DNA of 64,000 nucleotides, taken from the IMG/VR virus record IMGVR_UViG_3300046518_000157, positions 24,398 to 88,397 of that record. One strand, written 5' to 3'. This stretch comes from a virus (Duplodnaviria > Heunggongvirae > Uroviricota > Caudoviricetes). Below are positions 42,859 to 52,228 of this stretch, one piece after another (within the stretch, counting starts at the first letter, position 1; the number at the start of each line of letters is the position of its first letter). The notes below the pieces were generated by a model. The model ran no database searches and had not been told where the DNA came from. It saw only the letters and a list, made by a program, of their open reading frames with translations. The translations under genes were made by a program, and so were the position numbers.

Positions 42859-43272
42859 TTACAACAACGGTAATCCGCCAGTGATGCTATCGATCTTATC
42901 TTCGAAGTCCGGACCTACTGCAATGCAGGTATTCGTTGGGACTCCGTTGAACTCAGTTAATCCTGCATCGGTGATCAAAGAAGTAATTATGCCAGCTTCC
43001 ATCGCTTTTGCATAGAGTGCCAGTAGCTCTTCTTCAGAATTTACATACACACATACTTTTTTGAAATTTCCTAAGAGCCAGTCTTTCATCCGCGTGTCTA
43101 CATGCAGATGAAAATATGTAAGCTCCTGCTCATTAACTCTTACCTCAGTGAGGTTTTCGTAATGGCCTTGATCTAGAATCGCCTTCATACTCGCATGAGC
43201 ACCTTGAGCGATCATCTTGCCTTTGCGCATATTCAAATCTTTGCGCATCACAATTACTTGCTTATGACTCAT
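42859..43272 (-). CDS. pth2: Pth2-family peptidyl-tRNA hydrolase
   Basis: QVIVMRKDLNMRKGKMIAQGAHAS and C-terminal LITDAGLTEFNGVPTNTCIAVGP match the archaeal/eukaryotic PTH2 conserved blocks. Confidence 0.7.
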   Translation of the reverse strand: MSHKQVIVMRKDLNMRKGKMIAQGAHASMKAILDQGHYENLTEVRVNEQELTYFHLHVDTRMKDWLLGNFKKVCVYVNSEEELLALYAKAMEAGIITSLITDAGLTEFNGVPTNTCIAVGPDFEDKIDSITGGLPLL

Positions 43273-43437
43273 AGTTCTCCTCTATCTTTCATTTCCTGCA
43301 TTACTCGAAGGACCCTTGCTCGCAGAGCAGCTTGGAACTCCTGCTCTCTAAGCAAGGCACGTTCAAACGGTGCCATCTGTCTACGTCTGTTCCATTCGAT
43401 GAACCAAGCCTTAAGCTTTTTCATACGAACCTTTGTT

Positions 43438-43521
43438 GGTGAGTCAGGAAGGATTTGAACCTACGTACCCGGAGGGATCGCTTTTACAGAGCGACGTCTT
43501 TAACCACTCGACCACTGACCC
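43438..43521 (-). tRNA. tRNA-Tyr (anticodon GTA), type II with a long variable arm
   Basis: Acceptor GGGTCAG/CTGACTC-A-CCA, anticodon arm TCGCT-CTGTAAA-AGCGA, variable CCC-tcc-GGG, T-loop TTCAAAT. Confidence 0.55.
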
Positions 43522-43767
43522 TTTGTTAATCTTTAGAAGGATACGGTTTCCAGCCTGGATTGGCCTTATGAAACGCATCATTCAATTCTTTATACATCTT
43601 TGTAGCTTTGTCTGGCTCATTCGCCAGAAGTGCCTTGAACAGGTCGCTGTTCGTTGACAGGAGCATGTCCTTGTACTGCATCGTCTTCGCTGACATCTGG
43701 ACCTCTCTCATCCATAAGTCTCAATTTTTCAAACAACTCTTTACGTTCTTCGTAGAGTTGCTGGAGC

Positions 43768-44097
43768 TTAGCCTTGGTTGTTTCCGATAACATCTGCCAC
43801 CTTCCTGTATTTCTTTACAACGACTTCATACTCTTCCATTTCTGGGCATTCGATTTCTGGACCCTCGTATTCGAAAGGCATTTCATCCTGATTCTCAGTA
43901 GCACCTCTACTATAACTAGTAAAGTAAACTTTGTCACCATGCTTGAATAGTAGATTATGGATAACTGACCACCGACTATTATCGACTACCTTATCGGAGA
44001 CAATGTCAATCGGTTGTTCTTCAAATTCGTAAATGTCTTCGCGAAGAAGATCTTGAAGGACACGCTTAGGAAACTTCTTTACTGGCATTTGAAACAA
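43768..44097 (-). CDS. Hypothetical protein
   Basis: 109-aa ORF. Confidence 0.4.
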   Translation of the reverse strand: MFQMPVKKFPKRVLQDLLREDIYEFEEQPIDIVSDKVVDNSRWSVIHNLLFKHGDKVYFTSYSRGATENQDEMPFEYEGPEIECPEMEEYEVVVKKYRKVADVIGNNQG

Positions 44098-44461
44098 GCC
44101 CTAATTCACGTTGGAGTTTAGCAAGTTGTTCGAGTTTCTTTTCCCGAGCAGCAGCTTCGTTTTTAACGCGGTTGGCTTCTATTGCAGCTTTACGCTGAGC
44201 CTTTTTACGTTCCGCTTCTTCTTGTTTCTTTTTAACTTCGTCCAAGAGCGATGCTACAGTCTCTCGTACGAAGACTTCGTGATTCATAGGGAATTCAATA
44301 AGCTTGTATCCCTTTTGCCATTGGTAATCGTGAAGGAGTTGAAATTCCTCCTGAGTCACAATGGTCCACTCAGTGATATGTTCGATTATCTTTCGATAAC
44401 TTTCTTCTCTGTCATCCCATTGTTCGTCTGAGAAGATAATGGCGATTTTACGGTCAGCCAT
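44066..44461 (-). CDS. Hypothetical protein with a charged coiled-coil C-terminus
   Basis: 131-aa ORF. Confidence 0.4.
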   Translation of the reverse strand: MADRKIAIIFSDEQWDDREESYRKIIEHITEWTIVTQEEFQLLHDYQWQKGYKLIEFPMNHEVFVRETVASLLDEVKKKQEEAERKKAQRKAAIEANRVKNEAAAREKKLEQLAKLQRELGLVSNASKEVS

Positions 44462-44473
44462 GAGAACCTCTTT

Positions 44474-44562
44474 GTGGCGGTAGCTATCCGAGTCGAACGG
44501 ATGGACCTGTTACAGTCGGCAGTTTAGCAAACTGCTGGGTTAGGCCTCTCCCCCAAACTACC
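44474..44562 (-). tRNA. tRNA-Ser (anticodon GCT), type II
   Basis: Acceptor GGTAGTT/AGCTACC-G-CCA, anticodon arm GCAGT-TTGCTAA-ACTGC, long variable arm, T-arm ATCCG-TTCGACT-CGGAT. Confidence 0.6.
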
Positions 44563-44570
44563 TATGTTAA

Positions 44571-44645
44571 TGGAGTCGCATATGGGAATCAAACCCATCT
44601 CTACACCGTGAAAGGGTGTTGACCTAATCGATAGTCGAATGCGAC
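44571..44645 (-). tRNA. tRNA-Glu (anticodon TTC)
   Basis: Acceptor GTCGCAT/ATGCGAC-T-CCA, anticodon arm ACACC-CTTTCAC-GGTGT, T-arm ATGGG-TTTGATT-CCCAT. Confidence 0.6.
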
Positions 44646-44654
44646 GTTGTTACT

Positions 44655-44745
44655 GGAGGAAGATGCGTGGATTTGAACCCGCGAGTCCTTTCGGACTGTC
44701 ACTTTTCAAGAGTGGTGCAATAAGCCAGACTCTGCCAATCTTCCA
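44655..44745 (-). tRNA. tRNA-Ser (anticodon TGA), type II
   Basis: Acceptor GGAAGAT/ATCTTCC-T-CCA, anticodon loop CTTGAAA, variable hairpin GTCC-GAAA-GGAC. Confidence 0.55.
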
Positions 44746-44754
44746 TATTTGTTA

Positions 44755-44831
44755 CTGGCAACGGCGACAGGACTCGAACCTGTGACACACGGAATCAAAA
44801 TCCGTTGTTCTACCAACTGAACTACGCCGCA
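44755..44831 (-). tRNA. tRNA-Gln (anticodon TTG)
   Basis: D-arm GTTC AGTTGGTAG AAC, anticodon arm ACGGA-TTTTGAT-TCCGT, T-arm ACAGG-TTCGAGT-CCTGT, 3' CGCCGTT-G-CCA (position 1-72 mismatch). Confidence 0.55.
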
Positions 44832-44832
44832 A

Positions 44833-45039
44833 CTAAACCTTTACAGGTTCTTTTAGTTCTACGCCGTTAAGATGGGTTGCTACTGCTTCGCCCGTCTCTT
44901 CGTCAAACTTGATTCTGATGCCTACTTCGTAGCAGACATACGCAAATTTGTAAGCGTCTTCTTTCGACAGCATTAACTCTTTTGCTTGATGATAGTTACT
45001 CTCTTTACTGCTATGCAAATAAATAGTTGTTTCTACCAT
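44833..45039 (-). CDS. Hypothetical small protein
   Basis: 68-aa ORF between tRNA genes. Confidence 0.35.
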   Translation of the reverse strand: MVETTIYLHSSKESNYHQAKELMLSKEDAYKFAYVCYEVGIRIKFDEETGEAVATHLNGVELKEPVKV

Positions 45040-45048
45040 AATTATCCT

Positions 45049-45127
45049 TTGGTACGACTGGTCAGACTCGAACTGACAGGCTACTCGTTCTAAGCGAGCA
45101 AGGTATACCGGATTCCCTTCACAGTCG
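45049..45127 (-). tRNA. Type-I tRNA with anticodon UAG (reads CUA); identity ambiguous because it lacks the long variable arm of bacterial tRNA-Leu
   Basis: Acceptor GCGACTG/CAGTCGT-A-CCA, D-arm AAGG...CCTT, anticodon arm GCTCG-CTTAGAA-CGAGT, 5-nt variable loop, T-arm GTCAG-TTCGAGT-CTGAC. Confidence 0.5.
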
Positions 45128-45133
45128 CATTAT

Positions 45134-45209
45134 TTGGTGGAGAATACCGGGATCAAACCGGTCACCTCCGAGGTGCAAGCTCGGCGCTCTCTCAAATGAG
45201 CTAATTCCC
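45134..45209 (-). tRNA. tRNA-Ala (anticodon TGC)
   Basis: GGGGAAT/ATTCTCC with the G3-U70 Ala identity pair, anticodon loop CTTGCAC, CCA encoded. Confidence 0.65.
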
Positions 45210-45234
45210 CATAAACTTTACTTATCGATGCTGT

Positions 45235-45309
45235 GCTCCGGCCCCGGGAATCGAACCCAGCTTTATATTGATTAACAGTCAATCGCCTACACCTTGCTTG
45301 CTCGACCGG
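45235..45309 (-). tRNA. tRNA-Asn (anticodon GTT)
   Basis: Acceptor TCCGGTC/GGCCGGA-G, anticodon arm ATTGA-CTGTTAA-TCAAT, T-arm CTGGG-TTCGATT-CCCGG. Confidence 0.5.
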
Positions 45310-45371
45310 AACAAAGCACCGATAAGTAAAAATGATTTTAATACGGAAAACTGAATTGTGTCAACACTTTT

Positions 45372-45632
45372 CTATCGACAAAAGTCAGGACGATGTAAAG
45401 CCTGCATAATAAGCTCCATATCTTCTGGTTTAGAATCGATGTTGAAACCCTCGCTTCTGCCGTATGTATATAGCTTTCCGTCGTTATCAGCACCGATATA
45501 ACCGGCGCCAGTAACCTTGCCACCAGATGTTCCACTTCTGAAAAATAGAAACGCATCCTTGTGATACAACGCGTCCGGAAAAATAAGCGCATGCTTATCA
45601 TTCACAATAATATACTTCATCCCCGTATCCAT
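45372..45632 (-). CDS. Hypothetical small protein
   Basis: 86-aa ORF. Confidence 0.35.
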   Translation of the reverse strand: MDTGMKYIIVNDKHALIFPDALYHKDAFLFFRSGTSGGKVTGAGYIGADNDGKLYTYGRSEGFNIDSKPEDMELIMQALHRPDFCR

Positions 45633-45653
45633 GTCTAACCCCGTAGTATTATG

Positions 45654-46025
45654 TTATTTGAAAGTGACGTATGGTGGTTTAGTATATTGATACTTCATTC
45701 CATACTGCGTTATTTTGTGGCTGAAGTTATCCTTGCGTTCATCAGCAAGTTGAGCTTTCTGCTCTCTTAAAGTTTTCTGCTTAGGCCCGTGTCCAAGCCA
45801 GTTACCATTCCTAGTGCGCAAAACCTTAGTGTCGATCCACCATACTTTCATGATGGCCCACTCTCTGATATCCCGCTTAGGTGGTGCTTTGAACTTAGGA
45901 CCTACATTATGCATAGGCTGTTTACAGGATGGGCAGATACTTGTTTCTTTGAATACATGTCTACAGTCGAAACAAGCGTGCTTACCCTTTCCTCCGCCTC
46001 TTTTCTTAGACGGTTCTCTGAACAT
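45654..46025 (-). CDS. Zinc-ribbon-containing basic protein
   Basis: CFDCRHVF...CPSCKQPMH. Confidence 0.4.
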   Translation of the reverse strand: MFREPSKKRGGGKGKHACFDCRHVFKETSICPSCKQPMHNVGPKFKAPPKRDIREWAIMKVWWIDTKVLRTRNGNWLGHGPKQKTLREQKAQLADERKDNFSHKITQYGMKYQYTKPPYVTFK

Positions 46026-46270
46026 CAGTGATACGTTGGCTTCAAAGCCATACGTTCCTCTACCGGCATCGCTTCGATTTGTTTGCAGATTTCTTCGTAA
46101 GCTTCCGGGTCTTCTTGCTCAAGCTCTTCAAGATTAAGAGGCTCAGAGTCGGCAAAGAAAGAACCGTCTGCGACTGACTCTTCGATTTCTTTGATAATCC
46201 TTTGTGCTTCTTCTTCACCGACTTCCTCTACGAGGTTAGCTAGAGCTTGGGGAGCGAACACTACTTTCAT
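46025..46270 (-). CDS. Small acidic protein
   Basis: 81-aa Glu-rich ORF. Confidence 0.35.
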   Translation of the reverse strand: MKVVFAPQALANLVEEVGEEEAQRIIKEIEESVADGSFFADSEPLNLEELEQEDPEAYEEICKQIEAMPVEERMALKPTYH

Positions 46271-46402
46271 TTTTAGTCCCGTCCAAAAAAATTGGGATCA
46301 CCATCGTCTTTAATGGAATCCTCGGGTACATCATCGGCCTTAAATAGCTGGAGATCACCGTCGTCTTTTAGCGACTTCCAACCCTCGTTTTCAAATACGT
46401 CT

Positions 46403-46798
46403 TTAAACAGATTCATACTTATTCAATACTTCTTTACTGAGATTGTATCTAGTAGCAATAATATACAATCCATCGAGCCACATATCAGGAGTATCCTCAT
46501 CGTGAAGTGACTGAAGACCAGATAGCACGATGCCTACTTCGTCTACGTTTTCAAACAATCCTTGAAGCTTAGGATAGGCTGAAAGAACGTGGCTTGAAGT
46601 ATGATTCTCCATTCGTGGATCATAGAGGTCGTCAGGGATCAAACATCCTACCGCACACATCTTTCCGTTTTCTCCACGATATGCGCAGTCTGTAGTAAAA
46701 AAGCCAGAGTCTACAGTAACGGTGCTGGTACTCTGCTCCATCTGCGCCATAAGATGATCTGCAACTTTGTCAAACGTTTGTTGAACCGTCAAAGCCAT
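46403..46798 (-). CDS. Hypothetical protein
   Basis: 131-aa ORF. Confidence 0.4.
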   Translation of the reverse strand: MALTVQQTFDKVADHLMAQMEQSTSTVTVDSGFFTTDCAYRGENGKMCAVGCLIPDDLYDPRMENHTSSHVLSAYPKLQGLFENVDEVGIVLSGLQSLHDEDTPDMWLDGLYIIATRYNLSKEVLNKYESV

Positions 46799-46814
46799 GA
46801 TGACTCCAAATTGT

Positions 46815-46901
46815 TGGTCCGACTGACCAGATTTGAACTGGTACGCCCATTCGGGCCCGAGGGTTTAAGTCTCGTGCGGCTACCAATTACGCCACAGTCG
46901 G
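46815..46901 (-). tRNA. tRNA-Leu (anticodon TAA), type II
   Basis: Acceptor CCGACTG/CAGTCGG-A-CCA, anticodon loop CTTAAAC, variable hairpin GCCC-GAAT-GGGC, T-arm ACCAG-TTCAAAT-CTGGT. Confidence 0.55.
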
Positions 46902-46959
46902 AAAGCTAAAAGTTATAAGAGCAAAAAGAGCAAGGAGAAAACTTTTTCTCCGTAATACT

Positions 46960-46969
46960 CTTATACCAA
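46960..46969 (-). promoter_or_regulatory. Promoter-like motif TTGGTATAAG (minus), upstream of the tRNA cluster
   Basis: Plus-strand cttataccaa, 60 nt upstream of the 5' end of tRNA-Leu. Confidence 0.45.
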
Positions 46970-46981
46970 ATAACGTCCGTT

Positions 46982-47386
46982 TTAGGAACGGACAAATCCT
47001 ATTCCATGACATGCATCTACGAAAATGAACGGTTGTTTAATTCTCGTATATAGCTGGTCAAGCCAAGCGTCAACTTCTTCGTTCTCGAATGACAATCTCA
47101 GCAATGCGTCGTACCGATCCCGGCTAATTGCTGCAACATCACTCGATGCTGTAAATCTAGCCTTCAGATAATCGTAGTCAAGTTCAGCAAGAGTTTTTGG
47201 TTTCTCAGGTTTAGCAGGCGCTGGATTGGCTTCAGTATTCCAACTATCGAAAACTACCTTACCATCTTTGTCAGTGATAATAACCTGACCTGGTCTTCCA
47301 TCTTCCCCTAGAAAAACCTCTGTAGATCGCTTCTTAAAAATTGAGGATAAACGGGAGCCCAGCCAAGCAAATAGCGTCAGCTTCAT
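46982..47386 (-). CDS. Hypothetical protein
   Basis: 134-aa ORF. Confidence 0.4.
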   Translation of the reverse strand: MKLTLFAWLGSRLSSIFKKRSTEVFLGEDGRPGQVIITDKDGKVVFDSWNTEANPAPAKPEKPKTLAELDYDYLKARFTASSDVAAISRDRYDALLRLSFENEEVDAWLDQLYTRIKQPFIFVDACHGIGFVRS

Positions 47387-47888
47387 GATCTGTCTTAATT
47401 TCCTTTACGTTGGCAACGGCTTTCGCTGCTGCGATGCTAAATTTCTTATCCAGCTTATCGCTGGGGTTTTGAAAGCCTTGTTGCTTGAACAAAGCCTTGA
47501 CGATATTCATCTTCCAATCAATAGCCCTGAATAAACGTACTTCATGGCTAGTGTAATAATCGGTGCCTACCATCAAAGCACCGACCATCATTGTAATCGT
47601 TTCACTTTCCGTAGTCACAACATTGTTGTACGGAACGTATCTCTCGATACAGACTTTGACATTGTCTCTCGGCCCTGTCAGAGCCATAGGAACGTTTTCG
47701 TCAATGATCTTAGAGATGTGATTGACTGTTCCAACAATACCCATTGTGGACGGGTTAATAGCAGAAGAGTATACAAGCTCAATAGGCTCGCCTTCAGATA
47801 CTTTCTTGACGATGGCAAAGCCCAGATTCTTCCAACCTGGATCAATGCCAATCCCAAACTTATGACTGGCAACGACTTCGCTAATCAT
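47334..47888 (-). CDS. RuvC-like Holliday junction resolvase
   Basis: FGIGIDPGWKNLGFAIV matches the RuvC G[IL]DPG motif. Confidence 0.55.
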   Translation of the reverse strand: MISEVVASHKFGIGIDPGWKNLGFAIVKKVSEGEPIELVYSSAINPSTMGIVGTVNHISKIIDENVPMALTGPRDNVKVCIERYVPYNNVVTTESETITMMVGALMVGTDYYTSHEVRLFRAIDWKMNIVKALFKQQGFQNPSDKLDKKFSIAAAKAVANVKEIKTDHEADAICLAGLPFILNF

Positions 47889-48139
47889 GCAAGTACGATC
47901 CGCTTTTCTTCATTCGGTGGTTCCTTCTTCATTGCATATTCCAGGAAATTAGCAACTGCGTTAGGACCGTAGAGTGTGCTCATCACTTCGATTGCCATAT
48001 ACTGATACTCGTCATTGGCAGTCTTAAGATCTCCGCTCATCGTAGCTGCGGCTGCTCTAATGGCGTATCTTTTTACTTCGTCCCAGTCAGGATCTGAAAT
48101 CTGATCGGGAACAACGTAGGGTTCTCTATTAATGTTCAT
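47885..48139 (-). CDS. Hypothetical small protein
   Basis: 84-aa ORF coupled by 4-nt overlaps on both sides. Confidence 0.4.
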   Translation of the reverse strand: MNINREPYVVPDQISDPDWDEVKRYAIRAAAATMSGDLKTANDEYQYMAIEVMSTLYGPNAVANFLEYAMKKEPPNEEKRIVLA

Positions 48140-49245
48140 AGTTCAATATCATCAAATGTTGATTCATCAAGTGTATTAACGATACCCTTAACGTAGGAAG
48201 TCTTTTCAGTCTCTTGTGGAGCAGGCTGCATATCACCTTCATTCAGCCACTTACCCATCCAAGGAAGCGGACGAGTCTTAGGTGAAGCATCAGGATATTC
48301 CATATGAATAGCCCGCATACGTTTTGCAGCTGTAAAGTCAAGTTCTGAATTAAGCATCGATTCATTAAGACCGATCAACGAACCTTCTTTGAAAAGAAAC
48401 TTGTTAAAGGTCTTTTCTTCACTCACGACTTCCATGAAAATATGCATGGATTCTTCAAGACAATCTTGTCTGATAACAAAGAATTCTTCATCGTCATCAG
48501 GTAGTGTACGAAGCAGCGCAGTCGTGAAGGCAACGTGCATCAATTCATCATTTGCAATCAACTTAATCAGACTCGAATTACCGATCATACGGCCAGTCTG
48601 ACCAAACGAAAAACTACAAGCGAAGGAAACAAAGAATCGAATACCTTCAAGAGCATTGATCGACTGCAGAGCCAGCCAAAGCTTCTTTTTCAGCTGATGC
48701 AAAGTAGTCATGTTAAGACGATACTTCGCAGTTTCCATCAACAGTTCATCGTAATAGCGGCTAATACTTTCACCGGCCCTGACGATAATGTCAATGTCCT
48801 TAATGCTTTCCGTTACTTCTGTCGGATTATTATATACGTTTTTCAGAATGTGTTCATAAGTCATGTTATGAACTTCTTCGAAATACGTGATGATATTGAT
48901 ACAACGTTTAATCATCGGATCCGAAGCCAGAGGTAGCAAAGCTTCTGCCAAGCCTAGACTCTGAATCGTATCCAGCATCATTTGACGCTTAAGATTCGAC
49001 GTAAAGATAAACTGTTCGTTAGTAGTTAGTACGTCATAGAAATCAATCTTGTCTTTCGTCAAGTTGATCTCAGTACGTTCCCACTTTGCTTCATCCATCG
49101 CCTGCGCTTGCTTCTCGAAGATCTTGTACTTGACAATATCCGAACGAGAAATATCAACAGTACCGGACTCGTCTAGAAACAACTTGATATCAAGCGGAGA
49201 CTTGTCGCGGATTTTAAATACGTGTAGGGGTGATTCTTGTGTCAT
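48136..49245 (-). CDS. nrdB: Ribonucleotide reductase class Ia small subunit (NrdB-like)
   Basis: Di-iron ligand pattern (EEVHNMTYEH, FFVSFACSF, ...ELMH...) and an acidic C-terminal tail. Confidence 0.65.
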   Translation of the reverse strand: MTQESPLHVFKIRDKSPLDIKLFLDESGTVDISRSDIVKYKIFEKQAQAMDEAKWERTEINLTKDKIDFYDVLTTNEQFIFTSNLKRQMMLDTIQSLGLAEALLPLASDPMIKRCINIITYFEEVHNMTYEHILKNVYNNPTEVTESIKDIDIIVRAGESISRYYDELLMETAKYRLNMTTLHQLKKKLWLALQSINALEGIRFFVSFACSFSFGQTGRMIGNSSLIKLIANDELMHVAFTTALLRTLPDDDEEFFVIRQDCLEESMHIFMEVVSEEKTFNKFLFKEGSLIGLNESMLNSELDFTAAKRMRAIHMEYPDASPKTRPLPWMGKWLNEGDMQPAPQETEKTSYVKGIVNTLDESTFDDIEL

Positions 49246-49508
49246 TCGCCAATCTTATACTCGTTAATAAGTCTAAGCATAAATTCGTTCTCTGCTTCCA
49301 GTCGTGCGCTCTGTGTAAGCATAGTTATAAATTCATGAGATAGACTGTCGTGCTTATCGCAAATCTTTAGGTACTCTCGCGCCAACTCTTGAGCGTCTAC
49401 CGCAGTGTAGTTTTGACTAGGATAAATAAACTTATTAGCCAACGCATAATTTCGTCTACTTCTAGTGTATTCTAAAGCCCTATTTGCTATTGCCCAAATT
49501 ATACCCAT
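49242..49508 (-). CDS. Hypothetical small protein
   Basis: 88-aa ORF between nrdA and nrdB. Confidence 0.4.
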   Translation of the reverse strand: MGIIWAIANRALEYTRSRRNYALANKFIYPSQNYTAVDAQELAREYLKICDKHDSLSHEFITMLTQSARLEAENEFMLRLINEYKIGE

Positions 49509-49511
49509 GAT

Positions 49512-49533
49512 GAAAAAGCCGGGTTTCCCCGGC
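49512..49533 (-). terminator. Rho-independent terminator
   Basis: Hairpin gccggg-tttcc-ccggc followed, on the minus strand, by a T5 run. Confidence 0.5.
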
Positions 49534-49538
49534 TCCTC

Positions 49539-49757
49539 TTATTCCCCTTCTATTCTATCCGCATCACTGACTCTTACTTCATCAGTGCCGAACAGATCGA
49601 AGAACGCTAGTGTGTATGCAGATGCTTTCTCATACCCTTTGTCATGGTAGTAGTCTCCGAACTCCTGGAGAATCTCACCGTCCATTTCGACAGTCACTTT
49701 CGTGTACATGTCGCTTTCTTCATTATCGAAATGTCTAACAATAACTAGATTGTACAT
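49539..49757 (-). CDS. Hypothetical small protein
   Basis: 72-aa ORF. Confidence 0.35.
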   Translation of the reverse strand: MYNLVIVRHFDNEESDMYTKVTVEMDGEILQEFGDYYHDKGYEKASAYTLAFFDLFGTDEVRVSDADRIEGE

Positions 49758-49765
49758 CTTCTACC

Positions 49766-52063
49766 TCAAATATGGCAAGCGCCACCTTCACAACCTGCAT
49801 CTGAATTATCCTCTACGAAACCGAGAATTTCTGCTTCGCCCGGCTTCTTTGTATTTTGGTAATAATGGTTTTTATTACCCAAGGAATAACTGTACATAAT
49901 GTCCTGACCAAGAGTTGCTGAATCAAGCTTTTCATCTTTAAAGAACTTCGGGTTATACGACATGTTTACAGAAATAGCTTGGTCTACATACTTCTGTAGA
50001 ACAGCGATTACTTCCAAATACCCACGTGGACTTCTTTGATCCCACAGCCAATCATAACTGTGTCTAAGTTCATCGATCTCCGGAACTGCAATCGGAGGTG
50101 CTGCGTCTTTAGATGACTTAACAATGATCGGACCCATTGCTGGCTCAACGCCATTGGTTTCGTTTGACAGCTGGCTTGAAGTCTCTGAGGGCATCAGAGC
50201 CATTACCGTGCTGTTACGAATACCATGCTTCTGGATCATTGCACGGAGCCAAGCCCAATCCATGCGTTCGACGTGCGGCAGGATCTTATCCAGCGCAGCA
50301 GTACGAGTCATGTTCGGAGTCCAGCCATCTGCATACTTTGTCTCTTTCCAAAGCGGGCAAGGGCCTTTCTCGATAGCCAGTTCCATCGACGCCTTAAGCA
50401 GATAGAACGACCAGGCTTCAGCAAACTCGTCAACCAGTTGCAGTGACATGCGGCTGTACGGCATACCCTTCTTTGCCAAGAAGTGAGCGAAGCCGATGAT
50501 ACCGATGCCAATAGGTCTACGAGCCATTGTAGACTGTCTTGCTGCCTCTACTGGGTAGTCTTGGTAGTCCAGTACTGAATCAGCCAGACGAACCGCTATA
50601 CGGCACGGAACTTCAAAGTCTGATGGCTTGTTAATCTTGCCCCAGTTCACAGCACCGAGTGTACAGATGCTAATCTCTGAAGGAAAGCCAGCTTTGATAT
50701 CGTCAAACGGAGTCGTCGGAAGAGTAATTTCAACGCACAGGTTCGTCATGTAAATGGGAACCTTGAACGAAGACTTATCATTGACGTGGTCAACGTTACT
50801 GATATAGATCCGGCCAGTGTTACTACGTTGTGTAATCAGATCATTAAAAAGCTTTTGTGCTGATACAGTACGACGACGAATGCTTTTATCTGCTTCATAC
50901 TTTTCATACAGATATTCAAAGGCAACTTGGTCTGCAAAGAATGCATCATACAGCCCTGGTACTTCATGTGGGCTGAACAGAGCCAGCTCTTTGTTCTCTT
51001 TAATACGCTTGTAAATGAACCTATTGAACTGAACACAGTAATCTGCTTGACGATTAGTCTGTTCTGCAGGAAGCGTTGAATCTTTAAGCAGAATTAGTTC
51101 TGGAGATTCGTAATGCCAAATCGGGAAGTTAAATGTTACCGCACCATCTCGCATACCACCTTGTGAACAACTTTTGGTTGTTGCCGTCGCTTGCTTAATA
51201 AACGGAATCAAACCAGTATGTACTGCTTCACCACCTTTAATAGGACAACCGAGGCCACGATTACGACCTACGTTTACACCTAGTCCAGCTTTGTTTGATA
51301 CGTATCGTTGAATCGCATGGTTAGATGCGCTGATACTATCAATGGTATCCCCCATGTCTACTAGAACACAGGATGAGAATTGTTTTAGAATTGTACGAAC
51401 ACCAGACATAATCGGGCTGGGTTCACTGATGTCAAATAGACTCAATGCGTCATACGCTTCTTTGATAAGTTCCATGCGGTTAGTTTCGTTGCGCAGTAAT
51501 ACTGCAGGAACGAGAATAAACGGAATCTGGAAACTTTCGTAAATCTGTTTTGTTACTCGATTCTTACTAAGGTACTTGACACGCATTTGTTCTGCGCCAG
51601 CTAGACGAAACAGTTCATCACGATCATGATCAACCATTTTATTAAGCTGTTTCCATTCTTCCTCGTTATACATACCGAGAATATCTGGATCATACCGGCC
51701 AATCTCTATATTTCGTTTTACAGTGTCATACAGAGCTGGAACTTTATATGAACCATATGCATCCTTACGTACGATAAAGGAGATGATCTTACCACCGACT
51801 TTATCATAATGTGACTTACCTTCGATCATCAGGCTTTTACAAGCTGAGACAATGAACTCGTTAATCTCACGAGTAGTCATATCATCATGAAAGTTCTTAG
51901 CGATTTCCATTTCCAATTCTGATGGAGAAACGCCTTCAATACCTTCACAACCATAAGCACATACTTTGTGAATCTTATTACGTTCTAGTTGAACCTTTTT
52001 ACCACTCTTCTTTGTTACATACTTCATTTGCGTTACTTCACTGTCTTGGTTTTCGATAATCAT
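49766..52063 (-). CDS. nrdA: Ribonucleotide reductase large (alpha) subunit (NrdA-like) with an N-terminal ATP-cone
   Basis: ATP-cone (VTKKSGKKVQLERNKIHKV), active-site NxCxE (MTNLCVEITLP) and a C-terminal Cys pair (CEGGACHI). Confidence 0.8.
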   Translation of the reverse strand: MIIENQDSEVTQMKYVTKKSGKKVQLERNKIHKVCAYGCEGIEGVSPSELEMEIAKNFHDDMTTREINEFIVSACKSLMIEGKSHYDKVGGKIISFIVRKDAYGSYKVPALYDTVKRNIEIGRYDPDILGMYNEEEWKQLNKMVDHDRDELFRLAGAEQMRVKYLSKNRVTKQIYESFQIPFILVPAVLLRNETNRMELIKEAYDALSLFDISEPSPIMSGVRTILKQFSSCVLVDMGDTIDSISASNHAIQRYVSNKAGLGVNVGRNRGLGCPIKGGEAVHTGLIPFIKQATATTKSCSQGGMRDGAVTFNFPIWHYESPELILLKDSTLPAEQTNRQADYCVQFNRFIYKRIKENKELALFSPHEVPGLYDAFFADQVAFEYLYEKYEADKSIRRRTVSAQKLFNDLITQRSNTGRIYISNVDHVNDKSSFKVPIYMTNLCVEITLPTTPFDDIKAGFPSEISICTLGAVNWGKINKPSDFEVPCRIAVRLADSVLDYQDYPVEAARQSTMARRPIGIGIIGFAHFLAKKGMPYSRMSLQLVDEFAEAWSFYLLKASMELAIEKGPCPLWKETKYADGWTPNMTRTAALDKILPHVERMDWAWLRAMIQKHGIRNSTVMALMPSETSSQLSNETNGVEPAMGPIIVKSSKDAAPPIAVPEIDELRHSYDWLWDQRSPRGYLEVIAVLQKYVDQAISVNMSYNPKFFKDEKLDSATLGQDIMYSYSLGNKNHYYQNTKKPGEAEILGFVEDNSDAGCEGGACHI

Positions 52064-52228
52064 TATTTGCCATTACTGTCTGAGTAGGGTCATGGACTTA
52101 TTCCATGACACGAATTCTTGGAGGGAATTCTTAGTATAACCGTTTCTCAGAATACTGCAGCAATGGCTTCGTCAGTATTTTTAGCACCGACATAATACCC
52201 ATACTACGTAATACTTTTCTTTTTCCGA

